IMG/VR virus record: IMGVR_UViG_3300048850_000057
Location: 1 to 37,667 of that record
Direction: 5' to 3' (one strand)
DNA length: 37,667 nt
Source of the DNA: a virus
Lineage: Duplodnaviria > Caudoviricetes
Below the pieces are notes generated by a model, which saw only the letters and a list, made by a program, of their open reading frames with translations, made no database searches and was not told the origin of the DNA. Positions 9,301 through 17,943 of this stretch are shown in pieces; positions within the stretch are counted from its first letter, which is position 1, and the number at the start of each line of letters is the position of its first letter. The position numbers and the translations under genes are program-made.

Positions 9301-11710
9301 TGTTCTCGAGGTGAAGATCCTGCAGATAGGAGACCGCTCGATTGATCGGGTTGAGATCGTCGAAGGCAAAGGTGTAGATCCGCTGCAGGACGTCGGCGAT
9401 CGTGCCGCCGAGGCCGGTTTTCTTGAGCTCTTTGGCGGCCGACGCGACCCAGCCGTCCCGCTTTGCTGAAACGATGGTCGATCGCACGGCAACGGAGGAC
9501 GGCGCCGACAGGAAAGCGTCCCAGGCCTGCGTTGCGGCGTCGATCGCGTCGCGCATTTCCGGCACCTGGTCGAGCACCTGGCGAAACTCCGCGGCAATCG
9601 GCGCGTAGTTCGTGTCGACATAGGCGCGGTTGGTGAGGTAGAGCCGGAAGAATTCGGCAAAGCCTTCATAGTCGCGGCCAGCGACGGGATCATAATCGAG
9701 CTTCGAGAGCTCGGTCGAGTGCTTCTTGATGAAGGCCTTAACCGCCGGGATCTTCGCGTCAAGGTGATGGCCGTACTCGTGGGTCAGCACGTCGAAGTCG
9801 TCGAGCGATCGCACCCGCACGACGCTGTCGCGGGTATCGAAGGTGCCACGCACGCGCTTGCCGCCGGAGATCCGGCCCTGTCGCGTAGCGGCGACGTCTA
9901 ACGCCTTGGCAAGTGCTTCGGCCGCCTCACGCACCCGGGCGATCCGCTCGACAGCTCCCTTTGCAATGCTGCCCGATCGCGCGCGCTGACCGCGCAGACC
10001 GGTGAGCGGCTGCGCCATCAGGAAATCGCCTGCTTGCTTTTCTTGACGGGCGGTCTCGATCAGCGCCCGCTCGCCAGAAACTACGCCGTCTTCTGGCCGC
10101 GCAACGCTGCCAGCAGCCGGAGATTGCTCGCCGTCCGCTGCATGTGGGCCGCGTCCTCCGGATCCGCCGTCTTGCTGCGCTCCTCCCAGGCGGCCGCCCG
10201 CTTGAGAAGATCCGCCGGCTGGCTCGTCGTCGAAGAAGGGGATTGCGTCTGTTTTGCTGCTTGCATCGCTGCCACCACGTTCCGCTATTGCCGCCTCGAG
10301 GCGGGCTTCTTCTTCGAGGATTGCCCGATCGAAAGCGTCGAGCGGGTCTATCTTCTCGTTTATCATGATGTCGGTTGCACGGGCAAGGACGGCATCATCC
10401 AAGGTTACGCCGGCATCCATCTCGTTGAGCGTGGTAGCAATCCGATCGACGAACGTCCGATAGTCGTCACGGGCTGCCAGCTGGTTCTCGTATTCCTGCA
10501 TGGCGGTGACCCGGTCGGCCTCCGCCATGCTGTAGGCAGGCCGGCCGCGGTTCTCCTGGTCGACCAGGTCGAGCAGATCTCGGACGGTGCTCTTCGCCGT
10601 AGCCTCCTCCGCGGATCCATAGAGATGGTTGAAATAACCGGCCTGCGCAGCCGCCTCTCTGGCCTTGTCGAGCTCCTGGCCGCCGGCGCGCACGAGTGCA
10701 CCGCGACCGGGAACAAACTTGCGCGAAACTCCCATCGCGGCGAGCTCGCCGCCACCGTCGCGCAGTCCGCCCTCTGCCGCCAGGAAGTCCGTCAGCGACT
10801 GCGGCCGCCTCGGAGCCTTGCTGACGTCGACGGCCGTGCGCGCCACGCGATCGACCTGGTCGGCGGTCACTGCAAGCCCTCGAGCCTCGGCCGCCCTGGT
10901 CGAAAGAGTCTCACCGATGGTCTCGGCGCCCGCGGCGGGCTGCGTAGGCTCAACTGCCGTAGGGAGACGGGAAACCGGCGCCGGCAGCGCTGCGGGCTCC
11001 GGAGCTCCACTGGTGGGCACCGCCGGCAAGGCAGCAGGTTCCGGGGATCCGCCGGCGGGCTGCGCTTGCTGCAGCGGCACAAAAGGATTGTCGGCCGGAG
11101 CCTCGGCCGCCTGGCTCGGCGCGGCCTGGTCCGCAGTCGCGGTCGCAGACCGGCCGGCGCGATCGCCGATCAGTTTCCCGGCGCCGCCGGCGCCGCCACC
11201 GATGCCGGCGCCGAGGAGAATGCCGGCGCCATACTGCACGGGATCAAAGCGATCGCGGAAATCCGACTGGATCTCGATGCCCTGAATGGCCGCGTCGGCA
11301 ACCGCATTCGCGGCCGCAGCGTCGACGGCTCCGGAGAAGATCCGCGCCCAGATGCCCGTGACGGTCGATTTGGCGCCGACGAGGATCTTCTCGCCGAGAC
11401 CGATCGGAATAAAGTTTTCCGGGCTTGCGGCCGTGCCGGCGATCTGGCCACCAAGCGCCGCGCCGCCCTCGAGGAGACCATCCCACTCCGGATAGGTCTC
11501 ATAGGACCGGTCGAAGCGCTTTCTCTCCTCCTGGCGGCTGGGCGTTGAAGCGTCGTAGGTAGCGCCGAGGACCGTGTTGTAGCGCTGACCCGCCTCATAG
11601 TTCGTCCAGAAGCGATCGAGGAGCCCGGGATCGAGGTTCTCGACCGTGGCGTCCTGCTGCTGCTGAAACGCGATGAAGGGATTGATGCCGCCGATTGCCT
11701 CGTCTGCCAT
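6377..11710 (-). CDS. Large internal virion/ejection polyvalent protein (HExxH zincin-like motif; C-terminal LPD38-like region)
   Basis: 1777 aa; THEYGHH...EGFAE motif; YLDFDRRG...IPFLNVALQGLDK and IPKPFE motifs of LPD38-type proteins; position after the other internal proteins. Confidence 0.8.
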   Translation of the reverse strand: MADEAIGGINPFIAFQQQQDATVENLDPGLLDRFWTNYEAGQRYNTVLGATYDASTPSRQEERKRFDRSYETYPEWDGLLEGGAALGGQIAGTAASPENFIPIGLGEKILVGAKSTVTGIWARIFSGAVDAAAANAVADAAIQGIEIQSDFRDRFDPVQYGAGILLGAGIGGGAGGAGKLIGDRAGRSATATADQAAPSQAAEAPADNPFVPLQQAQPAGGSPEPAALPAVPTSGAPEPAALPAPVSRLPTAVEPTQPAAGAETIGETLSTRAAEARGLAVTADQVDRVARTAVDVSKAPRRPQSLTDFLAAEGGLRDGGGELAAMGVSRKFVPGRGALVRAGGQELDKAREAAAQAGYFNHLYGSAEEATAKSTVRDLLDLVDQENRGRPAYSMAEADRVTAMQEYENQLAARDDYRTFVDRIATTLNEMDAGVTLDDAVLARATDIMINEKIDPLDAFDRAILEEEARLEAAIAERGGSDASSKTDAIPFFDDEPAGGSSQAGGRLGGAQQDGGSGGRGPHAADGEQSPAAGSVARPEDGVVSGERALIETARQEKQAGDFLMAQPLTGLRGQRARSGSIAKGAVERIARVREAAEALAKALDVAATRQGRISGGKRVRGTFDTRDSVVRVRSLDDFDVLTHEYGHHLDAKIPAVKAFIKKHSTELSKLDYDPVAGRDYEGFAEFFRLYLTNRAYVDTNYAPIAAEFRQVLDQVPEMRDAIDAATQAWDAFLSAPSSVAVRSTIVSAKRDGWVASAAKELKKTGLGGTIADVLQRIYTFAFDDLNPINRAVSYLQDLHLENKGKPLDLKVTADPYKLARMSRGAYAAGHMDVMYGVAPYRGIHPASPSLRDAIIEATGKPNAMSGWDEEKVAEFGSYLWSRRAIGEWERYRKGEIPNPPDKLTEADHVQNVADLEAANPAFVSAAAKVHEFSRALWRKKLEAGLIDQTTHDEGLLIRDYVPGLRDFSSDTDMNVPPGRSKGKTAKGGFARRFKGSKRDVINPLESVAADAYETAMAIARNDVVKALHRLAVNAGEGAGRIAEIVPAKELRASMIDPLEAVENAARAAGLSKPDIVVLRDAVESAVGSEKAAVFRPAIINEKGEPIAFFRDGGQLKALRLADGKFGLDMYRTLVAMSQHEKNFWLELVAIPARILRAGITTSFEFIGANFVRDQAMAAVYYGKPLQRIASTLRGGFDEVTGKEIARSYSRVYGISGGSETASLSTAMAERDISALKRKGWIAQRFTSFRGVLEAVEISETATRLGLFRTFQQEAKARGLSEHEALFEAAYRARDYLDFDRRGSGMAALARVIPFLNVALQGLDKAGRHMISPVARKVLGQATTVEDARAAALAAKTWARLAALVTASVSIYALMSRHEDHDEISETTRSTHWMVKTGDRWTAIPKPFEFAVAINLGEAMFDAMVRKDPSAAGRWWDSLSTTLTPPSLLEGNPAIKSYFELKSNTNFFTDAPIVPDHLRGMEPFLQYTARTSAFSKQLGRIFNVSPAISDHLIASFGGSWGRNLLSLYDLAQPDAPAAGWDDVPFARRFIKDAAKGAQSTTMFWELAGQQEGKLEGKALSWRELAEAGDAAGAADFYAGLNQVEKAYVAVSTQEAKVKRLHPIVRARGAIQAIGAMRRELAANDVRDADGKTVSVSSAERGAADDILSDLSMVIARNALREAGVSGWAQRSEIEETGYYRELEALSPALIERLGSGYVGKKVWSWDAVKSAWPELRNRLLEEGSEATVDDLVADVESQGFAVDGVKAKRREKPELVP

Positions 11711-11737
11711 TTGAGCCTCGCAGTGATGGAGGCTCGC

Positions 11738-11764
11738 AGGATATGGCTCGGGAAATCAGGTCAA
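11738..11764 (-). promoter_or_regulatory. Putative late promoter (large internal protein)
   Basis: cggTTGACC-N15-TATCCT in a 57-bp intergenic gap. Confidence 0.7.
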
Positions 11765-11767
11765 CCG

Positions 11768-14296
11768 TTACTGACCGCTCGAAGGCGGCAGGTAGAGCCG
11801 GGCGGCACCTTCACCGAAGAGAGCGTCGAATTGCGGCGCGAGCTGCGGGTTTTCCTTCAGGTGCTGGATGCTGGCGAGCGTCGGCCGCGCCGGGAAGCGC
11901 ATGTCGGTGGCTTGACGCGCTGGGCTTGGCACAACTTCCATCGGGTTTTCCGATCGGCCGACAGGACCCGTGATTGGCGCCCTGATCGGCCGTGCGCTGC
12001 TCTCGGCGGCCGCCGTTTCGTCGAGTACCTTTGACTGCCGGCGATCGCTCGTGGTCACGGCGCCGCCCTTGGAAAGCCGCCGGAACTGTGCGGCAGCATT
12101 GCGGGCCATTTCCTTGTCTATGCCCTGGACGCTGAGCACCTGGCTGAGCACGCGCTCAGCATGCGGTCCATAGGCAATGCTCACCTGGGAGACCAGCTGC
12201 ATGATCGCGTCGGATTGCGCCTTCGGATCTTGCTGCAGGCTTACTGGCCGCGCCAGATTTTTCGCTTCCGCGACGGTCAACGGTTCGCGCGCGAGATCCG
12301 CGACGCCGATCGCGTCCTGCGCCTCGAGGCGAGCGGAAACGAGGGCCTGCATGGAGGCCGGATCCTGCGGGTTCGCTTCGCTCGCCAACTGCTTGACTTC
12401 GGGAAAAGCCTTTTCGACCGCGGTCGCCGGATCGTCGGCGCGCGCCTTCAGAACGGCCGACGCCTTCTTCTGTGCCGCCTCGAAGACGTCGGCCTGCTCG
12501 GCAAAGCCGACGCTGCCTGCCTTCGGCGTCAGCAGCGCTAGGCGCTCGGTGATGTCCTCGGCCGTTTGCGTCTCCATGCCTGAGGTCGCATCGTAGATCC
12601 GCCCGGCGCGTTCGCGCTTGATCTGCCAATCGGCAAGCTTCTCCGCACCGAGAACCTGCCCCACCTTGACGGGGTCGAGACCATCGGCGCCGCCAGGCAA
12701 TCCCTTGCCGCTCGAGGTGATGCTCTCGACGTCATCCTGGATCATGGTGGTAAGGCGGGCTGCCTCAACCTTGTTCGCTGCCCGGGCTGCCTCGACCAGG
12801 CTTTGCGCGTCACGACGAAGACTATCGGATATGCCTCTGACCGTGTCGTAGGGCAGAGCAGCCAGGGGCCCTTCACCTTCGCGCCAATCGTCAAGCACGG
12901 ACAACGCAAATTCCCGCTTCCGCTCCGGCGTGGGCAATGCATCATAGACGCCCTGGATGCGCCCGCGCGCGGCGGTCTCTGCCACCTCGAGCTTGTACTT
13001 TTCCGCCTGCGCCGGCGACAGGGTACCGGATGCGACGGCGCCGTCGATCGACGCCTGAAAGGCTTTGACCTGGTCACCGATCAGCTGATCGCCCTTCGGG
13101 TTTGCTCCGAGCACTTGCGCCTGGCGCTCGATGTCGACGAGCTGCGCGGCGTAGCCGCTCGCGAAGGACGCCTCCTGCTCATCGCGCAGCCGGCGCTCAT
13201 GTCTGGCGACGATGTTTTCCCGGTATGCCTCCGACCGCTGGGCGAAATATTTGTCGAAGCCCTCACGCATCCGAGGATCTGCAAGGGCCTCGTCCTGCAG
13301 ATAATTGCTGCGGATCTTGTCGGCGGCCGCAACAAAACCGGCCGGGTCGTCCTCAAACTCGGCCTGGGCGGCGAAGAGATCGCGCGAAAGGCCTTCCTGC
13401 ATGCGCCAGGCGTAAGCGCTGGCAGCTGCATCATCGAAGGCCTCCCCGCGGATCGTGCCATCGCGACGGAGCGCCAGAGGTTCACGCGAGAGAGGCGTAC
13501 TAGCGATCGAGGCGGTCGCAAGCGGATCCGTTACACTTGCGCCTCCGCCCGCCTTGCTCATCCACAGATTGGCGAAGGCCCCTGCGGTCATATCGGCCGA
13601 GCCGCCGTTCAGCCGTACGGCCTTGGCGCCGACAACGTCGACGGCGCGTGCGCCGGGGTTCTTCAGGAGCTTCGCCGCTCCGCCGGCGCCTTGCTGGTGA
13701 GCTAGATAAAGTTCGCCTGCCGTTGGCGCACGGCCGAGCACTTTCTGCAAATGGGCGGCATTGTCCTTTGCCAGGCGCGCGGCGGCGTCGGCGGCCTGCT
13801 CCGGATCAAAGCGATCAGCAAGGCCATATTGACGAGCGGTCGCATCGACGAACTGGAATAGCCCGCCGGCGCTTGAGCTCGGGTTCTGAGCCTTCGGATT
13901 GAAGGAGCTTTCGATCATGGCGATCTTGAGCAATGCCCCCGGAACTACGCCATGCCGGACTGCGGCGTCAGAAACGATCTTGCGCAAATTGCCTGGCGCT
14001 CGAACCATGACGCCGGGGCCACGGTTCGACGCCGCGGCCGCCTCGTCGGTTGCACGAGCCTGCAGGTAGGCAGCACCCGATTGAGCTCCGGCGGAGAGAC
14101 CGGCGAGCTCGCCCTCGCGCTGCGCCGCCCGATCGGCGAGCTTGCCGAGGGTGCCGGACAAGCCGCCGGCGACATTCGCCAGCGCTCGAGCGGCCGACCC
14201 CGTGTCAACCGCGAACGATGGCACGTCGACGGAGACCCGGCCGACCTCCTCGAAACGGCCCACTTGACCCGGGTTGCGAACTTGCCTGTTTGCCAT
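11768..14296 (-). CDS. Internal virion protein with lytic transglycosylase (SLT) domain
   Basis: IESSFNP, AGGLFQF and YLAHQQGAGG motifs; helical remainder. Confidence 0.85.
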   Translation of the reverse strand: MANRQVRNPGQVGRFEEVGRVSVDVPSFAVDTGSAARALANVAGGLSGTLGKLADRAAQREGELAGLSAGAQSGAAYLQARATDEAAAASNRGPGVMVRAPGNLRKIVSDAAVRHGVVPGALLKIAMIESSFNPKAQNPSSSAGGLFQFVDATARQYGLADRFDPEQAADAAARLAKDNAAHLQKVLGRAPTAGELYLAHQQGAGGAAKLLKNPGARAVDVVGAKAVRLNGGSADMTAGAFANLWMSKAGGGASVTDPLATASIASTPLSREPLALRRDGTIRGEAFDDAAASAYAWRMQEGLSRDLFAAQAEFEDDPAGFVAAADKIRSNYLQDEALADPRMREGFDKYFAQRSEAYRENIVARHERRLRDEQEASFASGYAAQLVDIERQAQVLGANPKGDQLIGDQVKAFQASIDGAVASGTLSPAQAEKYKLEVAETAARGRIQGVYDALPTPERKREFALSVLDDWREGEGPLAALPYDTVRGISDSLRRDAQSLVEAARAANKVEAARLTTMIQDDVESITSSGKGLPGGADGLDPVKVGQVLGAEKLADWQIKRERAGRIYDATSGMETQTAEDITERLALLTPKAGSVGFAEQADVFEAAQKKASAVLKARADDPATAVEKAFPEVKQLASEANPQDPASMQALVSARLEAQDAIGVADLAREPLTVAEAKNLARPVSLQQDPKAQSDAIMQLVSQVSIAYGPHAERVLSQVLSVQGIDKEMARNAAAQFRRLSKGGAVTTSDRRQSKVLDETAAAESSARPIRAPITGPVGRSENPMEVVPSPARQATDMRFPARPTLASIQHLKENPQLAPQFDALFGEGAARLYLPPSSGQ

Positions 14297-14865
14297 CAGC
14301 CGCGGTTCCCTACATCCATGCCATACTGTGCGACGTCCCCGATCGCGCCGATCAACGCGCCCCGCATCGCCGATCGACCGGCCGCACGTTGGCCCCTGGC
14401 ACGGACGCGATAAAGCGCTCGCCGGAATTCGCTATCCTGCTGCTCGATCGAGAGTTCATCGGTCGCGCGCCGCTTCTGTTCCGCCGCCTGCTGCTGGGCG
14501 ATACCGCCGGAAAGATCGATCCCGGCGGCAGCATAGATGACATCGTTCTGACCGAGCACGCGCGCGAGCTCGCGTTTCATCGACGTCTGCCGCTGCGTCG
14601 ACTGCAGCTGCTCCTGGCCGGACTGAAGCTCCGTTTGCACTGCTGCATCTTCCGCCTCGTTCTTTGCCGCAACACCGGCGCCGATACCGCCGAGCACCTT
14701 GAGCGTCGTGGCGATCCCCTGCAGAGCGCTCAGTGCTCCGGATCCCGCAGCAGCACCGCCCGCGGCCGCTGTCGCGCCGGTCGCAGCCGCCGTTCCTCCT
14801 GCGCTGGCGCCGGCAAGCCCCAGACCTGCAAAAACCTTCCCCAAAGCTGCGACTGCAAGCTCCAT
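14296..14865 (-). CDS. Small internal virion (ejection) protein, T7 gp14-like position
   Basis: Gly/Ala-rich hydrophobic N-terminus, coiled coil, AAAGIDLSGG motif; synteny. Confidence 0.7.
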   Translation of the reverse strand: MELAVAALGKVFAGLGLAGASAGGTAAATGATAAAGGAAAGSGALSALQGIATTLKVLGGIGAGVAAKNEAEDAAVQTELQSGQEQLQSTQRQTSMKRELARVLGQNDVIYAAAGIDLSGGIAQQQAAEQKRRATDELSIEQQDSEFRRALYRVRARGQRAAGRSAMRGALIGAIGDVAQYGMDVGNRG

Positions 14866-14875
14866 CGAAAACCTC

Positions 14876-16906
14876 CTATAGTGCAGTCTCGACGGTAATC
14901 GCCCTGACGTTCAGTCTACCCGGGCGCACCTGGCTGATCGTTACGAATGGATCATCCGCGTAGCCCTTGAGCCCGGAGATCTTCACCGTGCCGGTAAAGC
15001 CCTGCTCGAGCTCTGGCACGTCCGCAAGGGCACCATAACGCGCGAGCTCGACGTTTCGCACTGGCTTGCCGTTCGTGGAGATCGCAAGGCTAGTCGTATC
15101 GACGACGGAAATGTGAACCGTGTGGATCCTCGCCTTGCGCTTCAAGACCACATTCGGCCCGATGTCGCGAGGTGGCGGCAAGGTCTCGATGATGGGCGGT
15201 TTCCAGGTGCCGACCGTCGCGGCAGAGACGGCGATCGGAAGCGTGACAGTTCCGCCGGAAACCGTATAGGGACCGAAAACGTCTCCATCGCCGATGACCC
15301 AGACCTGGCGACCGTTGAAACGACTGAGCCCGGTCAACATGTTGGACGCTGGGCCAAAGCTGAAGTCTTGCGCCTCATCGAGCAGCAGGCCTTCTTCCAT
15401 GCGCTCAAGCTTGCGGTCACCGCCCCGCTCGGTAATCCACGAGAGCTGGTTTCGACCGTTGCATGCGACCGCCTTGACAAGCCCGTCCGTCACCAGGCGC
15501 GAATAGGCGGTCACTTCCTGTTCGCGCAGCATAGTGACTAGCCGCGCCTTACCGTCGCCAAGGACGATCGCGTGAATGTTGCCGTCCATGCGATCGGTTG
15601 CCCGGCGCACGGCCATGTCGCGCACATCCATCAAAAGATGGGAGGCGAGCAGCGAAATGTCGGTGGCGACGAAGTTGCCCTCGACGTCGGTGTAGCGCAT
15701 CTCGCCGATCGTCGCGCCGTTGGCGTGGCACCAAATCGAGGCGCCTTCATTCTCAACAACAGGAATGCCTCTGCGCGATCCATGACGGGAAGATTGCACA
15801 TGGTTCGGCGCCTGCGTTCGGGAGAGAGCGCGTTCTGCGATCCAGTATTCCGCCTTGCTCGTGAAGATCTGCAGGTTGAGGGAAGGAACGATCCGCTCAA
15901 GCTGCTCGCCGCCGGCGATGTCCATCGGCACCAGCATCGGGCCGTTCGCCTCGGTGAAACGCTGATCGTAGTTGTAGAAGTCGCCAGACTTCGAAGCCAT
16001 CCAGGCGTTGGGCAGAGACTTGAAGCCACCGACGATCAGGCGCTGATTGTAGAAGCAGCCGCACTGGGGCCATCCCTTGGCGGTCGAAATCAGCGGCTCG
16101 CCTGGCACGACGCCGGCGACCTGCTTGACCGAAAGAATAGCAGCATCGGCCTTGTTGATGACGCGACCGGAGACGGCCCAACCGTCGCCTTCGTTGCCGG
16201 CGCCCGTGAATTCGATCGTAATGGTGGCGCCAGTGCCGGCCGCAACAGTCGTTCCCGCGCTGACGTTTGGAAGGTCGTTGATCGCCGTTTGGATAAGGCC
16301 GGCCAGCGTCGTCATAGTGCTGTCGTAGGCGATCGACTGCGTCTCCTGACCGGATACGGTGAGCACAAAGGTCGTCGTGGTGGCGGCTAGGCCGACGAAC
16401 TCGAGACGCCACTTCGCCGGCACGCCATTGGTGTAGGTTCCGCCGTAATCGTAGTTGGGAATATCTTCATAGGGCAGATTATCGACCACCCAGCCGCTGT
16501 TCGTCAGGCGCACCCGCTTCGAGCGCAGATCCTGGTGAAACACCAGCATCGTGTCGGATTGCTGCGCGACCGTGAGCTGCGGCAGATAGCTGCCGGCGCC
16601 GGAGATCGTGAAGGTCGCAAGGTTGGCCGAGACGCCCCAGACGTCGCAAGTGTCGCCCGACATGACCAGGTCGAACGCAGATCCGTTTGATGCATCGAAG
16701 GGAAAGATGCGCTGCGCATTTGCGGGAAGGTCGCCGACATGGCGCATTCCGTCGCGCAGGCGAAAACCGCCCTGGGGTGCGATCTGGATGTTCTCCGCAC
16801 GCCGCAGGCCGGTCGAGTAGTATTTCAGCGTAGTGCGATCGTGCAGCAGCAGATCGAGCTCGCCGGCGGTGAATGCGGCCTGCGGCCGTCCGGGGCGCGC
16901 GACCAT
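14876..16906 (-). CDS. Tail tubular protein B (nozzle)
   Basis: FTAGEL and PQGG-x-x-x-R-x-G N-terminal motifs, GWP-x-C-x-x-F-x-NQRL; size and synteny. Confidence 0.85.
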   Translation of the reverse strand: MVARPGRPQAAFTAGELDLLLHDRTTLKYYSTGLRRAENIQIAPQGGFRLRDGMRHVGDLPANAQRIFPFDASNGSAFDLVMSGDTCDVWGVSANLATFTISGAGSYLPQLTVAQQSDTMLVFHQDLRSKRVRLTNSGWVVDNLPYEDIPNYDYGGTYTNGVPAKWRLEFVGLAATTTTFVLTVSGQETQSIAYDSTMTTLAGLIQTAINDLPNVSAGTTVAAGTGATITIEFTGAGNEGDGWAVSGRVINKADAAILSVKQVAGVVPGEPLISTAKGWPQCGCFYNQRLIVGGFKSLPNAWMASKSGDFYNYDQRFTEANGPMLVPMDIAGGEQLERIVPSLNLQIFTSKAEYWIAERALSRTQAPNHVQSSRHGSRRGIPVVENEGASIWCHANGATIGEMRYTDVEGNFVATDISLLASHLLMDVRDMAVRRATDRMDGNIHAIVLGDGKARLVTMLREQEVTAYSRLVTDGLVKAVACNGRNQLSWITERGGDRKLERMEEGLLLDEAQDFSFGPASNMLTGLSRFNGRQVWVIGDGDVFGPYTVSGGTVTLPIAVSAATVGTWKPPIIETLPPPRDIGPNVVLKRKARIHTVHISVVDTTSLAISTNGKPVRNVELARYGALADVPELEQGFTGTVKISGLKGYADDPFVTISQVRPGRLNVRAITVETAL

Positions 16907-17535
16907 CAGCTCCTCCAGGCGCGGGTAAGCGGATTATTGTCGACGTCGGCGCGGCGGGGCGGATTGGCGAAACCGTCTTCGGCGAGCGCCGCGCGCATCA
17001 TGCCGCCACGAAAGTTTTCCGAAGGAGTGCCATAGGCCTCGGCGCGCAGCGTCTCGGACGTGGTCCGATCCGATGCGACGGCAAACGCCAGGCGGGAGGC
17101 GATCGCCGTGATCGTGGCCGAGCGGAAGGTGTCGGTCCAGCGATGGGGATCCGGCCGGAATTTGACCATGGCGAAAAGCGGATCGGCGTCGGAGTGCACC
17201 TGGCCGCCGGTCAGGATGAATGCGGTAAAGCGCCGATCGGGGTCGGTGACGTCATCGCTGAGGAAGATCGGCAGGCCGGTGTATGGGCCCGGAATGTCGA
17301 AGACGTTCGTATAGCCTGTCAGCGGAGTGGCGCCGGAGAGCTTCGAGAGCTGCCGCACCTCACGCGCAAAGGCGAAACCGGAAGGCTGGAGCCCGAGATT
17401 GAAGCCGACGACCTCCTCGTAGATCAGCGACGCATCCTGTTCGCTTTCGCCGTCGTCGTCGAAGCTCTCGATCGGCGTCTCGCCGATCCGATTGAACGCG
17501 GCGTTCACGATATCGATCGCGGTCAGCAAGGCCAT
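16906..17535 (-). CDS. Tail tubular protein A (adaptor/gatekeeper)
   Basis: IVNAAFNRIGE-x-PI N-terminus; immediately upstream of tubular B. Confidence 0.8.
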   Translation of the reverse strand: MALLTAIDIVNAAFNRIGETPIESFDDDGESEQDASLIYEEVVGFNLGLQPSGFAFAREVRQLSKLSGATPLTGYTNVFDIPGPYTGLPIFLSDDVTDPDRRFTAFILTGGQVHSDADPLFAMVKFRPDPHRWTDTFRSATITAIASRLAFAVASDRTTSETLRAEAYGTPSENFRGGMMRAALAEDGFANPPRRADVDNNPLTRAWRS

Positions 17536-17556
17536 GAAAATCGCTCCTGAAAAGGG

Positions 17557-17588
17557 AAAACCCCTGCCGGGGCGTGATCCGGCAGGGG
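17557..17588 (-). terminator. Rho-independent terminator after the capsid genes
   Basis: CCCCTGCCGG/CCGGCAGGGG stem followed on the minus strand by TTTTCCCTTTT. Confidence 0.8.
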
Positions 17589-17605
17589 CACACTCGCGCT
17601 AAACG

Positions 17606-17881
17606 TTAGGCGACGTTCTGCGCAGTGATAGCGACAACGCCCCCGGTATTTCCCGAGACGACGTAATTGCGCCGCATCACGGTACCGTCGAGGTCGAGCG
17701 TCATGTCGATGTGATCGCCGACCTTGACGCGGGTGGCGAGCGAGTTGAAGTAGCCGGCGGTCTGGACAGCCGCGGTGTCGTCGTTGGTGACGTACTTATG
17801 GACGCCGAGGTTGGCGCCCGCCGCACCCGACGGATTGCTCATGTAGTCGACGGTGCGGAAGCCCTTGATGTCGAAGGCCAT
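17606..17881 (-). CDS. Small virion protein (possible capsid decoration)
   Basis: Start MAFDIKG behind AGGAG; located between the capsid gene and the terminator. Confidence 0.7.
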   Translation of the reverse strand: MAFDIKGFRTVDYMSNPSGAAGANLGVHKYVTNDDTAAVQTAGYFNSLATRVKVGDHIDMTLDLDGTVMRRNYVVSGNTGGVVAITAQNVA

Positions 17882-17943
17882 GGTAGAAATCTCCTGGTTG
17901 AGAAAGCAGGAAGGGCGGCGAACCGCCCGACCAGGCGTAAAGA

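Noticed and set aside
15311-15337. Additional TTGACC-N15 matches inside CDSs (AACGGT at 15311-15337; AACGTT at 19248-19274)
   Set aside because: They have poorer -10 boxes, no CGG prefix and lie far from gene starts; probably chance.
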